A DNA stretch of 64,000 bases from Botryllus schlosseri. Its lineage: Eukaryota. The notes under the pieces are model-generated. The model made no database searches. It saw nothing but the letters and a program-made list of their open reading frames with translations, and was not told the origin of the DNA. Positions within the stretch are counted from its first letter, which is position 1; each line of letters opens with the position of its first letter. Below, piece by piece: positions 1 through 13,466 of the stretch. Location of the stretch: the NCBI GenBank assembly GCA_051294905.1, contig CM119372.1:23624001-23688000 (forward strand), written 5' to 3'. The translations under genes were made by a program, and so were the position numbers.

Positions 1-154
1 GGCACTTTCTTCTACACTGATACTGAGTACTACGAGGGAGAGTGGTTCAAAGATGAAAGGTCAGGATGGGGGAGAATGTACTTTGGCGATGGATCAATAT
101 ATGAAGGCGAATGGAAAGAAGATAAGCAATGTGGCCGAGGAATGCACAGATTAG
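1..154 (+). CDS. MORN3: MORN repeat-containing protein 3, internal exon (5' part outside window)
   Basis: Frame 1 reads GTFFYTDTEYYEGEWFKDERSGWGRMYFGDGSIYEGEWKEDKQCGRGMHRL, which are MORN repeats (YeGeW...G.G). Donor G|GTGAGT at 154/155, phase 1. Confidence 0.92.
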   Translation, partial: ALSSTLILSTTRESGSKMKGQDGGECTLAMDQYMKANGKKISNVAEECTD

Positions 155-336
155 GTGAGTTTCGATTTGAATCACAGGTTGATGTCTCTCAATGTAAGGG
201 TTTAATTCAGCAACTATTACCGATAGGGATGTAGGATATGATTTCTTTGGACTGAATCAACTTGGTCTTTAATCGCAGTCGATTTTGGTTGATGGATGCC
301 ACTCTTAATTATAGACTGCCTGTATATGTTGGTTAG

Positions 337-580
337 CAGAGGTGGTCAAGAAGAAAGTACTTCTACCTTTCAAAGTACTCAAGTAGACTTTGCGCACTGG
401 TACTACTTATTCACATGGTGGTGATTTGAGACTAGGCCTATACTTCCACTTGTAATTCTACTAAACATTTTTTTAGTTGTCTAGACAAAACTAGGCCTAG
501 AATACACTTTATTATTTACTTGGAAATCACTACTTCTAGTTCTACTTGAGTACCAATGATGAATACTTTGACCACCTCTG
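337..580. mobile_element. Short internally deleted member of the CAGAGGTGGTCA hAT-type MITE family, in a MORN3 intron
   Basis: TIRs CAGAGGTGGTCAA / TTGACCACCTCTG with AGTA/TACT-rich subtermini, as in 20961-22298. TSD is degraded. Confidence 0.65.
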
Positions 581-1738
581 GGGATTAGTATCTTATATAT
601 AATATTCTGCCCCTAACTCCCTATTGAAATAAGATCTGTAATATTTTGGCGGTCTATGCAAAGCCTTGTAAACATGCTTTAACTTGAATGCACCAAAACT
701 ATTTTATTATGCTGATAGAGTTAATAAGTCTTGTCTCCTGATAATGACGAGAGATTAGGGACATACCATTCCTGCGGAAGATGTATTAGATTTAAATATA
801 TAATCCCAACTACATCTGAGGAAACAATGCAACAAAGAAAATTATGTTAACTGCGCCACTGGGCGCGCGAGCTGCTGTGTACAAACGTTCAACCCAACTG
901 CATGTTGTGAGGCAAATCTTCTTAATTCGCTGTAGCGAGAATAAGGATATAACAAGAGTAAACATAGATGTGATTTAAAATAAAAACATTATATAGACAT
1001 CGTACATCATTCCAAATAAGTGTCTTATATAGAGTCAGACTGATATATCGACCGGCAGATATCTGCCTTTGTAAAAATATTGGTCTTGACCAACTTCGGA
1101 ACATATTTATTGGCCTATCAAATTACTCTGGGCATTACGAGTGTTTTATTTTCCTTGCTCTAAGCAACCCAAGTTGTTACCACTATAAAATGTTGATTCT
1201 ATCACTCCATTGTCATGAACATGAACAATTATGTGATGGTATAGCTGTGTTTCTTCAACTAGCCTACCGGATAATATACACCTTTTGGAATGGAAATTGT
1301 AGTGTATCTCTGCTCCCATTTATTGTAAATACATGAAGGTGATATGAGATGTAATTTTCAAATTATTGTCGCTAATTAGAAGTTGCACTTTGAATATGTG
1401 ATATTTTGGTATCGGTTTATTAACAAAAATCTATTATATCGTTGATACCACCATCGGTCTAAAGTTCTAATATCGGTTGGACTAGTCATATAATAAAGTC
1501 ATGGTGATTTCAATGTTGACATCCACAAATAGCCCGCTGTATTCTCGCATCACACATATTCACACAGTACCTTCTCAAATAGTATACGTTCATCTATTTC
1601 AATCCACTATGCCGACAAAAATTAGCAACATATCATCAGGCGGGCATCTTAAGAAACACTAGTATGTGGTTTCAGGCCACTCTGGAATTAAAACGATTTA
1701 GATAGGTACGGTACGGTAATATGTTGTAAACTTTGCAG

Positions 1739-1923
1739 CTTCGGAGAATCGTTATGAAGGGGAGTGGAGAGACGGGAAGAAAAACGGACGTGGAAGATAT
1801 TTTTACCTCGACTCCGGACAAGTTTATGAAGGCGTTTGGGTGAATGATATCGCCAAGTGCGGGACCATGATTGATTTTCTGCGCGAAAGTGCACCCTCTC
1901 CAACCATGTATCCAATTCCTGCA
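1739..1923 (+). CDS. MORN3: MORN3 penultimate coding exon
   Basis: Acceptor tttgcag|, phase matches the previous exon. Reads ASENRYEGEWRDGKKNGRGRYFYLDSGQVYEGVWVNDIAKCGTMIDFLRESAPSPTMYPIPA. The AKCGTMIDF...P.P...PIP motif is characteristic of the MORN3 C-terminus. Donor |GTAAGT. Confidence 0.93.
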
Positions 1924-2268
1924 GTAAGTGGTTGAGTTTAATACTCTGTGTCCCAGCAGATTAAATTCGGATTTTAAAGCTGATCATCCCTGGTGGCGCC
2001 CTAATGAGATCAATATTTCATCGCTGTGGAATCTAAGTAGCTTATGACACACTTTTTCAAAACTGACTTTTTCTTAAAACTTTAGTTTTAAGGTTTACTC
2101 ATCCACTGTGGAGGTGCTAGAGTGCCTAGTTACTTTATTCTGATCATTCATTGATCCGAGTCACATTGTTTCAAACACGCCCATGGCCAAGATATGGCCT
2201 AAAGAAAATGAAAATGGCGAGGTGGGGCCTAGATGAACCTCAAACACTTAGGCAGCGAGGCTCTAGTT

Positions 2269-3287
2269 CAGTGGTTCTCAACCTTTTTGACCTCGCAGAC
2301 CAGTAAAACTTCAAAATAAATCCTGCTGGTTACGGATGAACCTTCAACAACTAAAATTCACCCTAAATATTTGTTGATGTTTCTGCAAGGCGAAGTTTGC
2401 AAGGTCCTATTGAAGACCACTAACTTGATTGCCATTGTTTGGTGTCCATTAAAAGAAATGTGACTTAGCTATTTGCGATAGGCTCTATCATACTGCCAAG
2501 AGTTAATTCAAACGTCTCCGATGCTTTCACACATAACTTGTCCGAAACGAGTTTTAGGGTACTTTTCAACAGTTACTTATAACACTTTTCTGTTTACACA
2601 GTGGTTTCCAACCGGTGGGGAATTCAATGGTTTCTGGTGGGGAATAGACCCATTTGTTGAACACTTTTTACAGGACAGTCTACATATTTACGGACACAAA
2701 TGCGCAATTACCGTTACCAGTTAACTGCTCTGAAAATTTTATTGCGTGTTGTTCACAAAAACTCTTTTTAACTCCGGATAACCAGTGATGACATCACAAA
2801 TGCATCCAGCACGACCAGTATGACGTGAAATAACGCTTTCGCTAAATTTTGAGGGTTACCAGTATCGGTTCACAATACGGTTATGTTGCTGTTATAGGTG
2901 ATTGTCTTGTGTACTGGTGTGGTTGTGTGTCTATTGTGTACTCAAACAAGCAAATAGCTGCTCAGTAATGACAAAAGTTTTGGGTAGTGGAGAATGAAGG
3001 CTCGGAATAAATCTGAAGTGGGGAATGAAGACATAAAGGTTGCGAACCACTGTGAACACATTGTGACCAACACGTAAGATAGACCATGAACTCTATGTTG
3101 CGACACCATGCATCTAATACGTTCCACACTTCTGAATAAATTTAAAATTTGATGTCTATTTTTCTAATCAGTTGACAAGGACCCGAGATCTTGCATTTTT
3201 GAATGGAGACATAAATTTCTAATATATCTGGTGGGAATCTTGTCACAGATCGGCACCGGTCCACGGACCGGTGGTTTAGATCCACTG
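2269..3287. mobile_element. Non-autonomous hAT (Charlie/Buster-like) element in a MORN3 intron
   Basis: Ends CAGTGGTTCTCAACC ... GGTTTAGATCCACTG. 8-bp TSD ctctagtt/ctctggtt. Confidence 0.7.
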
Positions 3288-3999
3288 CTCTGGTTGGCCT
3301 TGGTCGGATACGAACCCACAGCCCCAGTGGTGCAGTGATATAACATACACCACTGCTGTAATCCAATGTCATATTATATGGACATGCATTGATGGTGCTA
3401 GTGTCCACTGTCCATACCGCCTGAAGAGGTAGTCAGTAGGACAGGGCCAAATTGAGTGCCTGGATGATTTGATCATAACAGCTGATCGATATAATCCCCT
3501 CTATCCGAATGTGGTCACTGGTCAGTAAATGAGTACTTATACTTTCATGGAGTACTTAAGTAGGTTTTGCCTACTTGTTAACTCACTCCAGTAGGCATGT
3601 TTTTTTACTACTTCCACCTCATAACGTCTGGGCAAATAGAGCTCGTATCATGGTAACTAATATAAGTGTGGAAATTGCATCAATTTGTAGTGTCGTTAGT
3701 CATTTTGCGTTATTCGTGCAGATCCTCTCTGCAATTTCAGAAGTAGGTTATCTTCATCATGCTTCCACAGTCGCGACGCAACTGTCCGTTCAATGCATAA
3801 TTCATTGCGATTTCTATGGCATGCCTAGGTGTAAGTAGTGAATTATCGGGTGCAAGGCATATTGCAAGGATTTATATTCGGGACAGAGTTTAATCCGGCT
3901 TTAATTTGCATCAAACCTCGTATATGTCTAGCTGATAGATCATCCCCGCCTAAGAGTGATCGAAATGCCTTGACATGATCCAATTTCTTCTCATTTCAG

Positions 4000-4065
4000 G
4001 TAAAATTAGAGAGCGTTGGAAATGTCCTCGAGGATGCGGAGAGCGAATTTCTACCGGAAGATTGA
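4000..4065 (+). CDS. MORN3: MORN3 terminal coding exon
   Basis: Acceptor ttctcatttcag|, phase 0. Reads VKLESVGNVLEDAESEFLPED*, matching the VK...VL..A acidic MORN3 tail. Confidence 0.85.
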   Translation, partial: VKLESVGNVLEDAESEFLPED

Positions 4066-5033
4066 ATCTGTTTGTCATCACCAAAGACAGTAACGATATC
4101 CAAAACACTGTGACCATCGGTTTTACAGTCTTTCCATTCCCGCACGCTTATAGGCTCGACGTGCTGGCAACCGTTTCCCCACTGCCAAACTTAAACATGG
4201 CAGGGTTAAGCTAAATTTTTTCTAAACAATATGTTAGCTATGCTACGCAAGTAAAATATATATTTCTATCAGTTTATCACAAATATGTCGCAATGTGGCA
4301 TTGTTGTATTAGAGCAGTGATTCGATTAACCGGTGTTCCACGGAACACTAGGAGTTGCATGAGCCAGTCTCGGGGGTTCCACGGATGCCAAGACAGACAC
4401 TAAACTCATTAATATGATTTTTGATAACGAGGCCATCTTGGTCATCATTGTTTGCAGGCAATTAGGCCCCATCATTAGCGGAATTGTGACCCATTCCAAC
4501 CGTCTCCGTGGCGTCAATGAAGTTTTTTGAGACTTTGACCCCCACCAAACTCGGATTCTCCCCTCCTATTATACCTAGGGTCGGTAGACTATAAGATTCC
4601 CCGGTCTCGCTAGAGCCCCAAGAGAGGACGTGACTGTCCTTGAAACATAATATATCGCAATACGTCACCCATTGAACTTCGCAGTTTTCCCAGCCTACCT
4701 TCGAAAGAGACGAAACGTTTTTGATCGACTCATATGCTCATAAAGGTACGGTATTTGTTCCTTCTCACTGGCTCTTTCTATGGTTTTCAGAAACGCCTTT
4801 ATTGCCAAATCTGAAAAAAAAAACATTAAAAATAACGATGGATGCGTTTGCGATAAACCGTATGTCATCATGATATTGTAGGATAGCTCGAACTGGATTC
4901 AGATATATGTTCAGGCGATTCAGGCTGGGTAAGATAGAGAGCCGCTTACTCGAGGTGTTCGGTAGGGAGGTCTATATTTAGTAACACAGAAAGACCTAAG
5001 TGTTGGAGGTTTACCTAGGCTCCTCCTCGCCAC

Positions 5034-5182
5034 CTCATCCGCGTCAGCGGTGTCTTACAAAAGCCTAGAGGTGGGCCGTGCTATAAGTCGGCAGTTACGG
5101 AAAATAAGAATAATATCGGCCTGGTGTAAATGACCATAGTAGTCGACAAACACCATGAATACCCCAAAACAAACAAACAAAC
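5034..5182 (+). mobile_element. 3' end of a SINE/LINE-like retroelement with (CAAA)n tail
   Basis: Near-identical copy at ~50026-50175 and an inverted copy at ~7172-7315 (continuing after 15202). All end in ...CACCATGAATACC(CAAA)n. Confidence 0.65.
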
Positions 5183-7934
5183 ACAGAAAGACGAATAGCT
5201 GTACTTATGGTGCAAACATTACTCTTGCTATCTTGTTTTTAGACTGTACTTTCTTTGTTAATACAGTTTGCGAAGCAAACACACTCAGGTTCAAGGTATC
5301 AAAACTTGCCAAGTTGGGTCCATATAGGCCCACTGAAAACAAATGTGGTTTAGTGGATTCATATTAATTAGACATAGATCGCCGTACAATTACCAAAATT
5401 ATGTGGTGGTGGTGGTATTGCTCTCCACCTTTTGGTGGATGAAGTAAGCAATAAAAGCACATCGTTTGCGTAGCACCAATAGGGGTTTATCCGCGATATG
5501 CTCAGATAGCAATACTAACATATCTCAGAGCGGGGTTAAATCGCCGGCGTGTCCGATTTCGCTTCCACGGTACAGTCGCAATCAATCAGTTCATTCCGTA
5601 ACAACAGCAACCAGTGCAGGCATGCACAATACAGGATATCCGCTACATTACTATCCGATTCACCTACACCTGCCGATTCGCAACCTATAAATACCTTCGT
5701 AAATTTCGTATTCTCGGCAGTGCTCGTGTCGTTGGCGTACGTCTCCTTCTGCGAGACGAACACGATTCCAATTCGCGTTTGGCACGGGGCTCATTATTTT
5801 CCTTGGCAGGTCTCATCTGATACATGCGGCTCAAGCTGCGGGCACTGACTATTCGACGCTGGTCATTTCGGCGCCTGGACACTGGACAGTAGGCATATCA
5901 ATGTTACGAACGTTTTGGCCAGCATGCGGCAATTATTTTGTTCCAAAGTTTTAGAGCCGCCAATCATTTTGGCAACGCATACACCGCACCCTACCAAACG
6001 CCATCACAATGTGAAATTCGAGTCTGATTTTGTAGTGTTCCAGGGCCATTGGAAGAATAAAATATATATTTTCGTACTCAGTACAGCGGCGGCTTTCCAT
6101 TGATAACCGTTTTATCAAAGTGAGCGCTCGGCAAGCCGGTCAAAAATGACCGTAAAATTGCCTTTGAACGAATGGAAAGTATGACGTAACCCAAATAAAA
6201 TGTGCCGTTCAATCTCGCTGTGTCCACACCATTTAGGACACCATATGCCGCTAGGGTTACCATATTTTGAAATCGGGAAAGGATTTTTCAAAATTTTCAG
6301 ACTTAGAATAGTGGAGTAAAATCCTGAAAATAAGGTGAAATTTTACCTACTTCGTGGTCGGTTGACTAAAAAAATAAATGGTCAACTGTCCGGCTCAACT
6401 ACAGAATAACAGTTTTTATTTCACACTTTATGTTGGTTGACTAAAAAAAAGGTCGTTGCCTTCGTTACCACCACGAATTTTCTACCACTTGGCGGTTTTG
6501 GCTCTGCGCTAGGGGTGGCAGGTTGCAAGGGAGCGGCAAATCAGGCTGTGTACACAGTGCACACAGCACGGAAAGATGGCTAATCATGAGCTAATTTGGT
6601 ACGGTCCAGACAGGGATTGGACTAAATCACACCTACTTGATTCGGCACCATATTTATGCTTGTGTCGGAAACTTTATCTTACCGTTGGTGTTTCAATTGT
6701 GAGCTGTGTGTGAGAGGAGTTTCTGACTGAAGCTCAAAATGATAAAGTCGTATTTACGTTTTACCATGAATAATGATCGGCTATAGATATATCGAATCTT
6801 TCTATATAGAAAGAGACTACATACACTCTTAGCGAAAAGAGTGTGTGTTCACAGTTCACACCCAAAGGGCCACAAAGGGTGGTACACGAAAACAGAACCT
6901 AAATCAGAACTATGTCGCGGTCATAAATCCTACGCGCCTACGTGTACGTACGTACATTGCATAACACGTTCCTATTACGTGCATGTATAATTTGTAATAA
7001 ACTGTTGTACTCGATTTATACCTCTGTAAAAGTCTGAGGTGGGTTCTGGTTTCGCTGAGAGTGTTTTCTGTGCAAGTGTGCAGTGCATTCAATAACTTAA
7101 TTTTGAATATATTATCGCTGATTTTGCTTCGGCGGAAGCGCGACAAGTTCAATTTTGAGGAGGCTCTTGATCTTTTGTTGTTTGTGGTATTCATCGTCTT
7201 TTCGACTATAATTGTCCTTTTCACCAGGACGATATTCTTTATAATGATTTAGTAGCTGCCGACTTAATTGTAGCGCGGCCCACTTCTATAGGCTTTTGTA
7301 AGATACCGCCTATGCCAGTGGTCGGGAACCTTTATCGACCGAAGAGCCATATTGGCCCAGTATTTTCAATTGTAAGTCCCTAAGAGCCTTACATATCAAT
7401 CAACTGTCACGTCACCATGTCATATCCTTGACGTATTGATAGCACTAATATATGGGATTCGTAGTGTACGCCATATTTTTCTGCCCAAATGGGTTGGTGG
7501 CAGTGGCGGCTCGTGACAATATCGGGTGGTGGGGCAAGGGCTGCGAGCGACTTTTATCAACATGACGTCACAATGGCGTTTTCTAACGTAAAAATGTAAC
7601 TTTATGATGGTCACATGAATTTCCCGATAACAGTGATTTTAACGAACGTAGGTGCCGCGAGAGGTTTGCCGGTGAGCCGTGACTTGAAGTGTGGTAACAA
7701 ATGTTTTATTCATTTTTTTTTAATCAAAGGATTATTTTACAAAATATACGTGAACTAAGAATCGTCCCTATGCCACGAATCAATTATCAGGTCATCCTTA
7801 GTAGCATGCGTTATGATTTCATAGTAGAGTTAGAGATTACGCAAATCGATAGGCCCTAATTTTTCTAAGCCCGTCCGAAAGTGTTTCGTACACGATCCTC
7901 GGTGTGTTACGACCACTGAGCTGGTGGTTACGAC

Positions 7935-9952
7935 CAGGGCTGTGGAGTCGGTAAATTTTACCACCGACTCTGGCTCCGACTCCGACTCCACACATTTTCA
8001 ATATACCGACTCGGACTCCGACTCCTGAGTCTAAAAACGTACCGACTCCGACTCCGACTGCTGGGTCTTTAAACGTACCGACTCCGACTCCCGACTCCGA
8101 CTCCAGCATTATTACCAATTTACTTCGAAAATTATATGCCACATTGTCAACATATGATTAACGGTGGCATGCTAAATTGTTTCATTGTGGCACAGCTCGA
8201 ATTATCCACTATGCAATTAACATGAAAGAAAGATTTCCTAAATATCCTTCCTTTTTCAAGTTTTTATAACATGGACTAATATCCACTAATATCCTGAAAT
8301 GTATGAATCATTCAAATATGGCAGATATCCAATCCTGTACAATAAAAATGTAGATAAAAATCCAAGTGTAGCTATTGTGTATGAGTCAGCAACTAATAAA
8401 GAGATTGAACTCACTAATTTTGTCATTGCACACTATACTGATTACAAGCACACACACTCGTACTACTAATAGACATTGGTCATTAATGGAATTTAGTTAA
8501 GTAGTCAAAGACCATAGCCTATGTCTAGTCTACATGTACTTAGTCAAGTATTCAAGGACTAAGACTTGTAGTCTTTCTTAATCATTTGTTCGACCCAAAC
8601 AGCTGAGCTACACTACAAATATTTTTAATTTTGTCAAGTGGGAAGCATCGTTTGGCCATATTTACATCATTTTTACAATTTTACATAACCAGCCGATGCA
8701 TTTGCTCTGCAACAGTATCATGGTACAATTCCAAAAATTGCATCAATTTTGACTGCATCGCGAAAACGCATATTGCGATTTTCTTCCCCAGTGCAACTGA
8801 GTTGCAATTTGCAAATAATGTCTAATTTTATCTATATCAGGGCAAATTTTCCGGCCAAAGGGACACATGAGATTTACGAACCATTGCGCGGGCAACTGGA
8901 ATGTTGATAACCTTTTTTTAGTCGTCCGATATCCTATAGAAGCGAACCGAATTAGGTAACATTGCAAACAAGACTTATATTAATACGCTCTAAAATTGAT
9001 AACAATATGTCATGCAACTGTGCAGTGCGCAACAAGGCCCTGGTCGCGCGAAGTGCGAAATTTTGTTTCAAGATAATGACTGAATTATATCAATAAATAT
9101 GTTGCTAATATACATTGGGGGTCGCATCTGTATACCACTGGGCTCATTTGGCAAGGACAGGATTATTCGACGTTTAGACATAGCAAAATCGACGGTATCA
9201 GTGAACATGCCTCTATTATTTTGTGCAAATGCTTTGTCGACGATCTCGCTGCGAGTGCACAACCGAAGCCGCATGTTGAACGACACGTTATTACCTAATT
9301 GCGAATATAGTTAGACTCAATTCTGTGAATATTATGTATTTATAAATTTCAGAAAGGGGCTCAAATACTGAATGCAAGAAATCTAGTGACAATGAATCAT
9401 GCGAAGTACCGAGAAAAATTTCAAGTCAAATAAATCCGCTATGAAATATTCTACTTTATGGTCATATACGAAGATCTGCGATAAATGTGGCTGGCACCTG
9501 GATACGTCAATGCGTCAGAAATGTTATTTTAGTCATCATCTAATGTCGCAATCATGCTAATCAAATTTTGGTTGGCCTTACAATTTTACCTGATGTCATA
9601 AATAATTTCGAGAATTACCTCGCAGGCCACACCTAGCCTTATCGTGTGCCAAATTTGGCCTGTGTGCCACGGGCTGGTCGCACCTGATCTGTATGGTTAT
9701 TAATAACAGTGATTGGTGGTACATAAAAATTCTATTGAAAACTCTTTGAAAGCAAATGTTTTCATGATACAGAAGTTGGAGTCGGAGTCGGAGTCGAAGT
9801 CAGGGTCATTCTCACAAACTCCGACTCCGACTCCAGTCAGTATTTTCCCCACGACTCCGACTCCGACTCCAGCTATTATAGTTTTCACGACTCCGACTCC
9901 GACTCCATCAAGCGAAAATTACCCCGACTCCGACTCCGACTCCACAGCCCTG
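7935..9952. mobile_element. hAT-type element 'C' with (CCGACT)n subterminal arrays
   Basis: TIRs CAGGGCTGTGGAGTCGG / CCGACTCCACAGCCCTG. Perfect TSD gttacgac (7927-7934, 9953-9960). Confidence 0.9.
8838..9686. mobile_element. hAT MITE 'D', nested in C
   Basis: Ends CAGGG...CACCTG. TSD atctatat/atctgtat. Homologous along its length to 29998-30676. Confidence 0.8.
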
Positions 9953-9960
9953 GTTACGAC

Positions 9961-10496
9961 TAGGGCTGGGCAGTGGGCACAATGATTCGAGTACTCGAAT
10001 CTGAATCGAGTATTAATTTTAATGATTCGAGTCGAGTAGTAAAAGTCGATTTTTTTGAGTACTGAAATTATACGCTCCTCACCACTGAAAGTTGATTTAT
10101 CAACGAGGAGTTTATCAACGATCAACGAGCTTATGCTAATTTCACTGTTGAAGCCTTGGAACCTTGGTTGGCCGTATCGTAGCATACGAAACATAAAGTA
10201 CAAAGCTACGAACGTTACTGGAAATAGCACATTTCCGAAGTCATGAGCATCCCACAATATTGTCACCAAGTGCAATGAAATCGGTATGGTCGAAAAAAAT
10301 ACCAAAGTATGCTCAATATGATGGATAACAGGCATTATATTCTTTGTGGTCGCTTAAAAGGTACATATTTGAACATTGACAAATAATATTCTGCTATGAC
10401 GTCATAATGAGTGATACTCGATTACTCGACTCGACTCGAAGCATTTTACGTGATTCAGAATCGAATCACTCAGGTACTCGATTTTGTCCAGCCCTA
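9961..10496. mobile_element. hAT MITE 'E'
   Basis: TIRs TAGGGCTGG / CCAGCCCTA. TSD gttacgac/gtaacgac. A very similar inverted copy lies at 41868-42384. Confidence 0.9.
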
Positions 10497-10903
10497 GTAA
10501 CGACCAGGTGATAGGCAACCAAAGCGGAGGTACCCGGCGTACGATTGGATCAATGGACTGGACAATTTCTAGACCTCCAATTTTCGCTCTAAAGGCAACT
10601 GCGTAAACTACGTACGGAGCAAAGATTCAATACGATTCATGTTCGCACTTGACTTGACCAGACTAATTCCAATGACTATAGAACTCGAGAGATTGCGTAA
10701 GCCTAACTGCAAAGGTCAACGAGTTCGGACACATACGCAATTGTTATCTCACAGATTGGGCCTGTCATATTGAATCCAGAACATCAATTTGAATGGTCTT
10801 TGAAGAACTAAGGACAGCAGCCTCGGAACTTCGGTCTCGGAACAGCATATCACATTTTGGCCTTGAAACTGGAGACTGTGACACAACACATACGGCTTAC
10901 ACT

Positions 10904-11154
10904 CAGTGATGGCTTTTGGGGTGGGCGAGGTGGGCGGTCGCCCGGGGCCCCCCCTGGTCGAAGGGCCCCCTCTTCGGTTTTAGCGCTTTTTTCAAGGGTT
11001 TGTAGCGGAAAGACGGGGAAATCCTTGTACCAATTAAGAAGATGATTGCGTTCAGATGAGTAAAAAGTCCCATATCTGCGAAGCTGCGATTGCATACTTA
11101 TAGCCCCCCCCCGGAAGTCTCGCCCAGGGCCCCCCAATCGTAGGGCAACCACTG
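10904..11154. mobile_element. Short GC-rich hAT MITE 'F'
   Basis: Ends CAGTG...CACTG. Perfect TSD cttacact (10896-10903, 11155-11162). GGGCCCC subterminal motifs. Confidence 0.85.
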
Positions 11155-11826
11155 CTTACACTCTATAAGTCTGCTGCGAAATCGCCGTTGGAAAATATAT
11201 TAATCAATAAATACATGAATGAAAGCCGTAAACTTAGTATACTGTTACATGAAATCATCGAAAAGTAGCATTCGCAATCTCATAACCCATCCCGGCATGG
11301 TACACTGTCAAAATCAATTCAAACAGACGAACGGCGAAGTTTGAGTAAAATTTGAAGGCCACAATTTCACAGTGAAATGGACATTGGTGAACATAAAATT
11401 ATGTGAATATTTGAATGCAAACCGAGAATCTTAGTTAGCTGTTTCATGCAATCATCGAGATATACCATTGGAAATATCATCACCGATCTCGTTATGGAAC
11501 GCTGACTAGATTAGCACAGACAGACACCGGCTTTTGCGTGAGATCCGCAATGATGGACGTAGGCTAAGTATCAGATCAGCGCGCATCTCTACCACACTCG
11601 ACCTCGAAAACGGAATAACTGCCTCAATCCTTGAGAGTCAACTTTAAGACTTGGCACCGCGCTCGATACTAAAATCAAGACATAACGTTCAAAAGCTCAT
11701 GACAGATCTAGGTATGGAACATCGTTAAAATCAATAGAGACCAATAACGGCTTTTGCGTAAATCTGTTAGTGATAAATGAAAAGTCAGCTCTCACTCGAC
11801 TTTGGAAACAAAATTACCACCCACAT

Positions 11827-13466
11827 TAGGGTTGTCCATAATTTGGAAAATCTTACGAATCCTCCGTTGTAATGTCTTATTCTATAGATTATTGATAAAA
11901 AATGACACTGAGCCTGAAAGAAGCTCACAGGAAGGCCGTTAAGATTTCGTGCAAAGCGTTTGAAAGTAGCTACCGCAGAATGGGCGTGCCACCTACCATA
12001 GAACGGCAAGAAGACTGGCAATCACGAAACCACGGCTCTTGATTGGCTAATCGGCTATGCTTCAATGACCACGACAGCAGCAGCTTGCCGCGTAGGTGAT
12101 CAAGGAGTCTGCTACCGGCGGCGATTCTGAAAGCGCATTGTATGTAGGTTGACAGATAATGATTTAGGATTAATTCAGGGAATGTTGAGGTACGAAATAC
12201 ATGATGAACAGACAACAGCTGCTTCACAAAAACGTCTAAAGCATGATCGCTTCATTGTGAAGGGAACCGCCGTAGCCTATATGCCTTGTTTTCAACGAGT
12301 GAAAGCATAGGCTCTTATGCAAGTAGCGACGGATTACTAGTTTCAGAAAGAATATATCATTATTGAATACAAATATAAAGCTTAACAATGACACTATAAT
12401 TTGTGTTATCTTATTGGGCTCAGGTTGTAGTACATAGTTGAAGTTTTGAAAGCTCTAAGAATCGGCTGAATCAGCGGGTTATGCTTGACTCTTGTCAGAT
12501 GCTTGAATCAAAATGTTTTCTCTTGCAAGTGTTGTCAAAGTCCTTGATGATGACGCAGAAAAGAGGTGTAAAAGTAAGCACTTACTATGCTGAACAGGAT
12601 ATGTCAAAGTCCTTAATATTCGCACATAACAGGGGTGTGAAGGTAGGCGCAGGCAATGCTGCATAGTGCATAGCATGCAGCATAGTTTGTACATCATATC
12701 AAGCATAGTCTGTGCTTGCATTTAAACCTCGTTTCTGCGGCATCATTAGGGACTTTGAAAACACTTACAAGTGAATTCAATTTGCTGTGAACGTCTGATG
12801 AGTGCCAAGCCTAACCGTTTGATTCAGCCGATCCCTAGAGCATTCAAAACTTCAATTATGTACTATAACCTGAGCCCAATAAGATCACACAAATTACAGT
12901 GTCATTGTTAAGCTTTATCTTTGTATTCAATAATGATATAGCCTTTCTAAAACTAGGAATCCGTCGGTATTTGCATAAGCTCCTATACTTTCCCTCATTG
13001 AAAACAAGGCATATAGGCTACGGCGGTTTCCTTCACAATAAAGCAATCATGCTTTAGACGTTTTTGTGAAGCAGCTGTTGTTTGTTCATCATGTATTTCG
13101 TACCTCAACATACCCTGAATCAATCCTAAATCATTATCTGTGAACCGACATAAAATGCGCTTTCAGAATCGCCGCCGGTAGCAGACTCCTTGATCAACGA
13201 CACAGCAAGCTGCTGATGTCGTGGTCATTGAAGCGTAGCGGATTAGCCAATCAAGAGCCGCGGTTTCGTGATTGCTAGTGTTCTCGCCGTTCTATGGTCG
13301 GTGGAACGCCCATTCTTCGGCAGCTACTTTCAAACGCTTTGCACGAAATCTTAACGGCCTTCCTGTGAGCTTCTTTCAGGCTCAGTGTCGTTTCTTATCA
13401 ATAATCTATAGAATAAGACATTACAACGGAGGATTCGTAAGAATTTCCAAATTATGGACAACCCTA
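11827..13466. mobile_element. 1.64-kb foldback (almost fully palindromic) hAT-type element 'G'
   Basis: TAGGGTTGTCCATAATTTGG ... CCAAATTATGGACAACCCTA. Arms of ~770 bp pair to ~12600/12700. Perfect TSD acccacat (11819-11826, 13467-13474). Confidence 0.92.

Noticed and set aside
5460..5900. GC-richer block with overlapping ORFs
   Set aside because: No recognisable motif or splice structure. It may be a retroelement 5' fragment but this is unsupported.
7837..9985. GV/TP/ES/DS dipeptide-repeat ORFs
   Set aside because: They are translations of (CCGACT)n subterminal arrays of element C.
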